From Lama guanicoe (taxonomy: Eukaryota): a DNA stretch of 64,000 bases. A program made the position numbers and the translations under genes. The stretch spans positions 62,001 through 126,000 of the forward strand of contig MU053661.1 of NCBI GenBank assembly GCA_013239625.1, written 5' to 3'. Shown in pieces: positions 62,870 through 64,000 of the stretch (the first letter of the stretch is position 1; the number at the start of each line of letters is the position of its first letter). Under the pieces are notes generated by a model. That model saw only the letters and a program-made list of their open reading frames with translations, searched no databases and was not told where the DNA came from.

Positions 62870-64000
62870 TTTTTTCTTAAAACAGCTTTGAGGTATACTT
62901 GGCAAAATAATTTTCACACGTTTAAATCGTACAGCTTAATATGTTTTGATGTAAGTATATCCCCAAGAAACCATAACCACACTTAAGAAAGTGAACATAC
63001 CCATCACCCACAAAGCTTCTCTCCTGCATTTTGTTGTCCCTCCCTCCCTCCCCATCTATTCCCCTGGAAACAATTGATCTGCTTTCCATCAGAACATATT
63101 GGTTTGCATTTTCAAGATCCTTCTATGAATGGATCCATGCAGTATCTAATCTTTGTTGTCTGACTACTTTCATTCAGTGTAATTATTTTGAGAGTCATCT
63201 GTGTTGCTGTATTAATAGCTTATTTATCTTATAGCAGAGTATTGTTTAGTGCTGAGTTATTGCTGAATAGTTTATTGTAAGCAGTGTTTGGATAGACCAT
63301 CATTTCTTTCTGCATTTACTTCTTGATGGATGCATGGGTTATTTACAACTTGAGCTATTATAAAAAAAAAATTGCAGTGAATATTTGGTTACAAGTCTTT
63401 GTATGGACATATGCTTTTCTTTTCTAAAGCACCAGATGAGGAATGTCTGGGTTATATGTTACATAGGTGTTTACCTTTTTTAAAGAAACTGTTAAAGACT
63501 TTTCCAAAAAGGGTTGTACTATTGTAAATTCCTCGTGGCGTGTATCAGTTCTGGTTGCTCTACTTTCTTGCCAGCACCTTGTAAGGTCAGTCTTTCTAAT
63601 CATATTCATTCTAGTATGTATGTGAACTAGTATCTCACTGTGGTTTTTAAAAGTATTTCTCTAATGACATCTTTAATCAGCATCTTTTCATATGCTTATT
63701 ATCCATCTAAATATCTTTACTGAAGTGTGTTTTCTGGCCTCATTCATTCATTCAGGTGTTTGCATTATTATTGAATTTTGAGATCTCTTTTTTCTGGATC
63801 AGATACAAAGAGAGACCTTTATCAGATATATGATCTGCAAATAGCTTCTGTCTACGGTTTGTCTTTTCACTTGCTTAGCAGTGTTTAGAAGAGCTTTGAA
63901 GAGTCTTCATGTTGATAAAGTTCACTCTATCAGTTTCTTTTTAAAATAGATGATAATTTTGGTGTCATATCAAAGAAATATTTGCCAAACCCAAGGACAT
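62870..64000 (-). mobile_element. Old LINE-1 (L1M-type) 3' region, antisense
   Basis: aacagctttgaggtatac..., cttgccagcacctt, ctcactgtggtttt. Confidence 0.85.

Overview
Mammalian genomic DNA, most likely camelid (short tRNA-derived vic-1-type SINEs, L1/L2/MIR/MER background), with four assembly gaps. No intact protein-coding gene is visible. The window is a mosaic of unprocessed, intron-containing gene fragments from unrelated loci: ANO6 exons ~4-7 (minus, 4.7-8.6 kb), KLHL2 exon 2 (minus, 10.5 kb), a truncated RalGDS-like gene lacking the GEF domain (plus, 24.0-25.6 kb), POFUT2 promoter plus exons 1-2 (minus, 43.7-46.4 kb, with a 448-bp tandem duplication of the promoter) and the last coding exon of MRAP2 (plus, 59.7-60.2 kb). 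This pattern indicates a segmental-duplication hub. An unrecognised GC-rich ~160-bp repeat occurs twice, both times near apparent duplicon boundaries: a ~14-monomer array with higher-order structure at 55.8-57.9 kb and an inverted cluster at 18.6-19.4 kb. Gene identities come from my recall of the human protein sequences, not from a database search.
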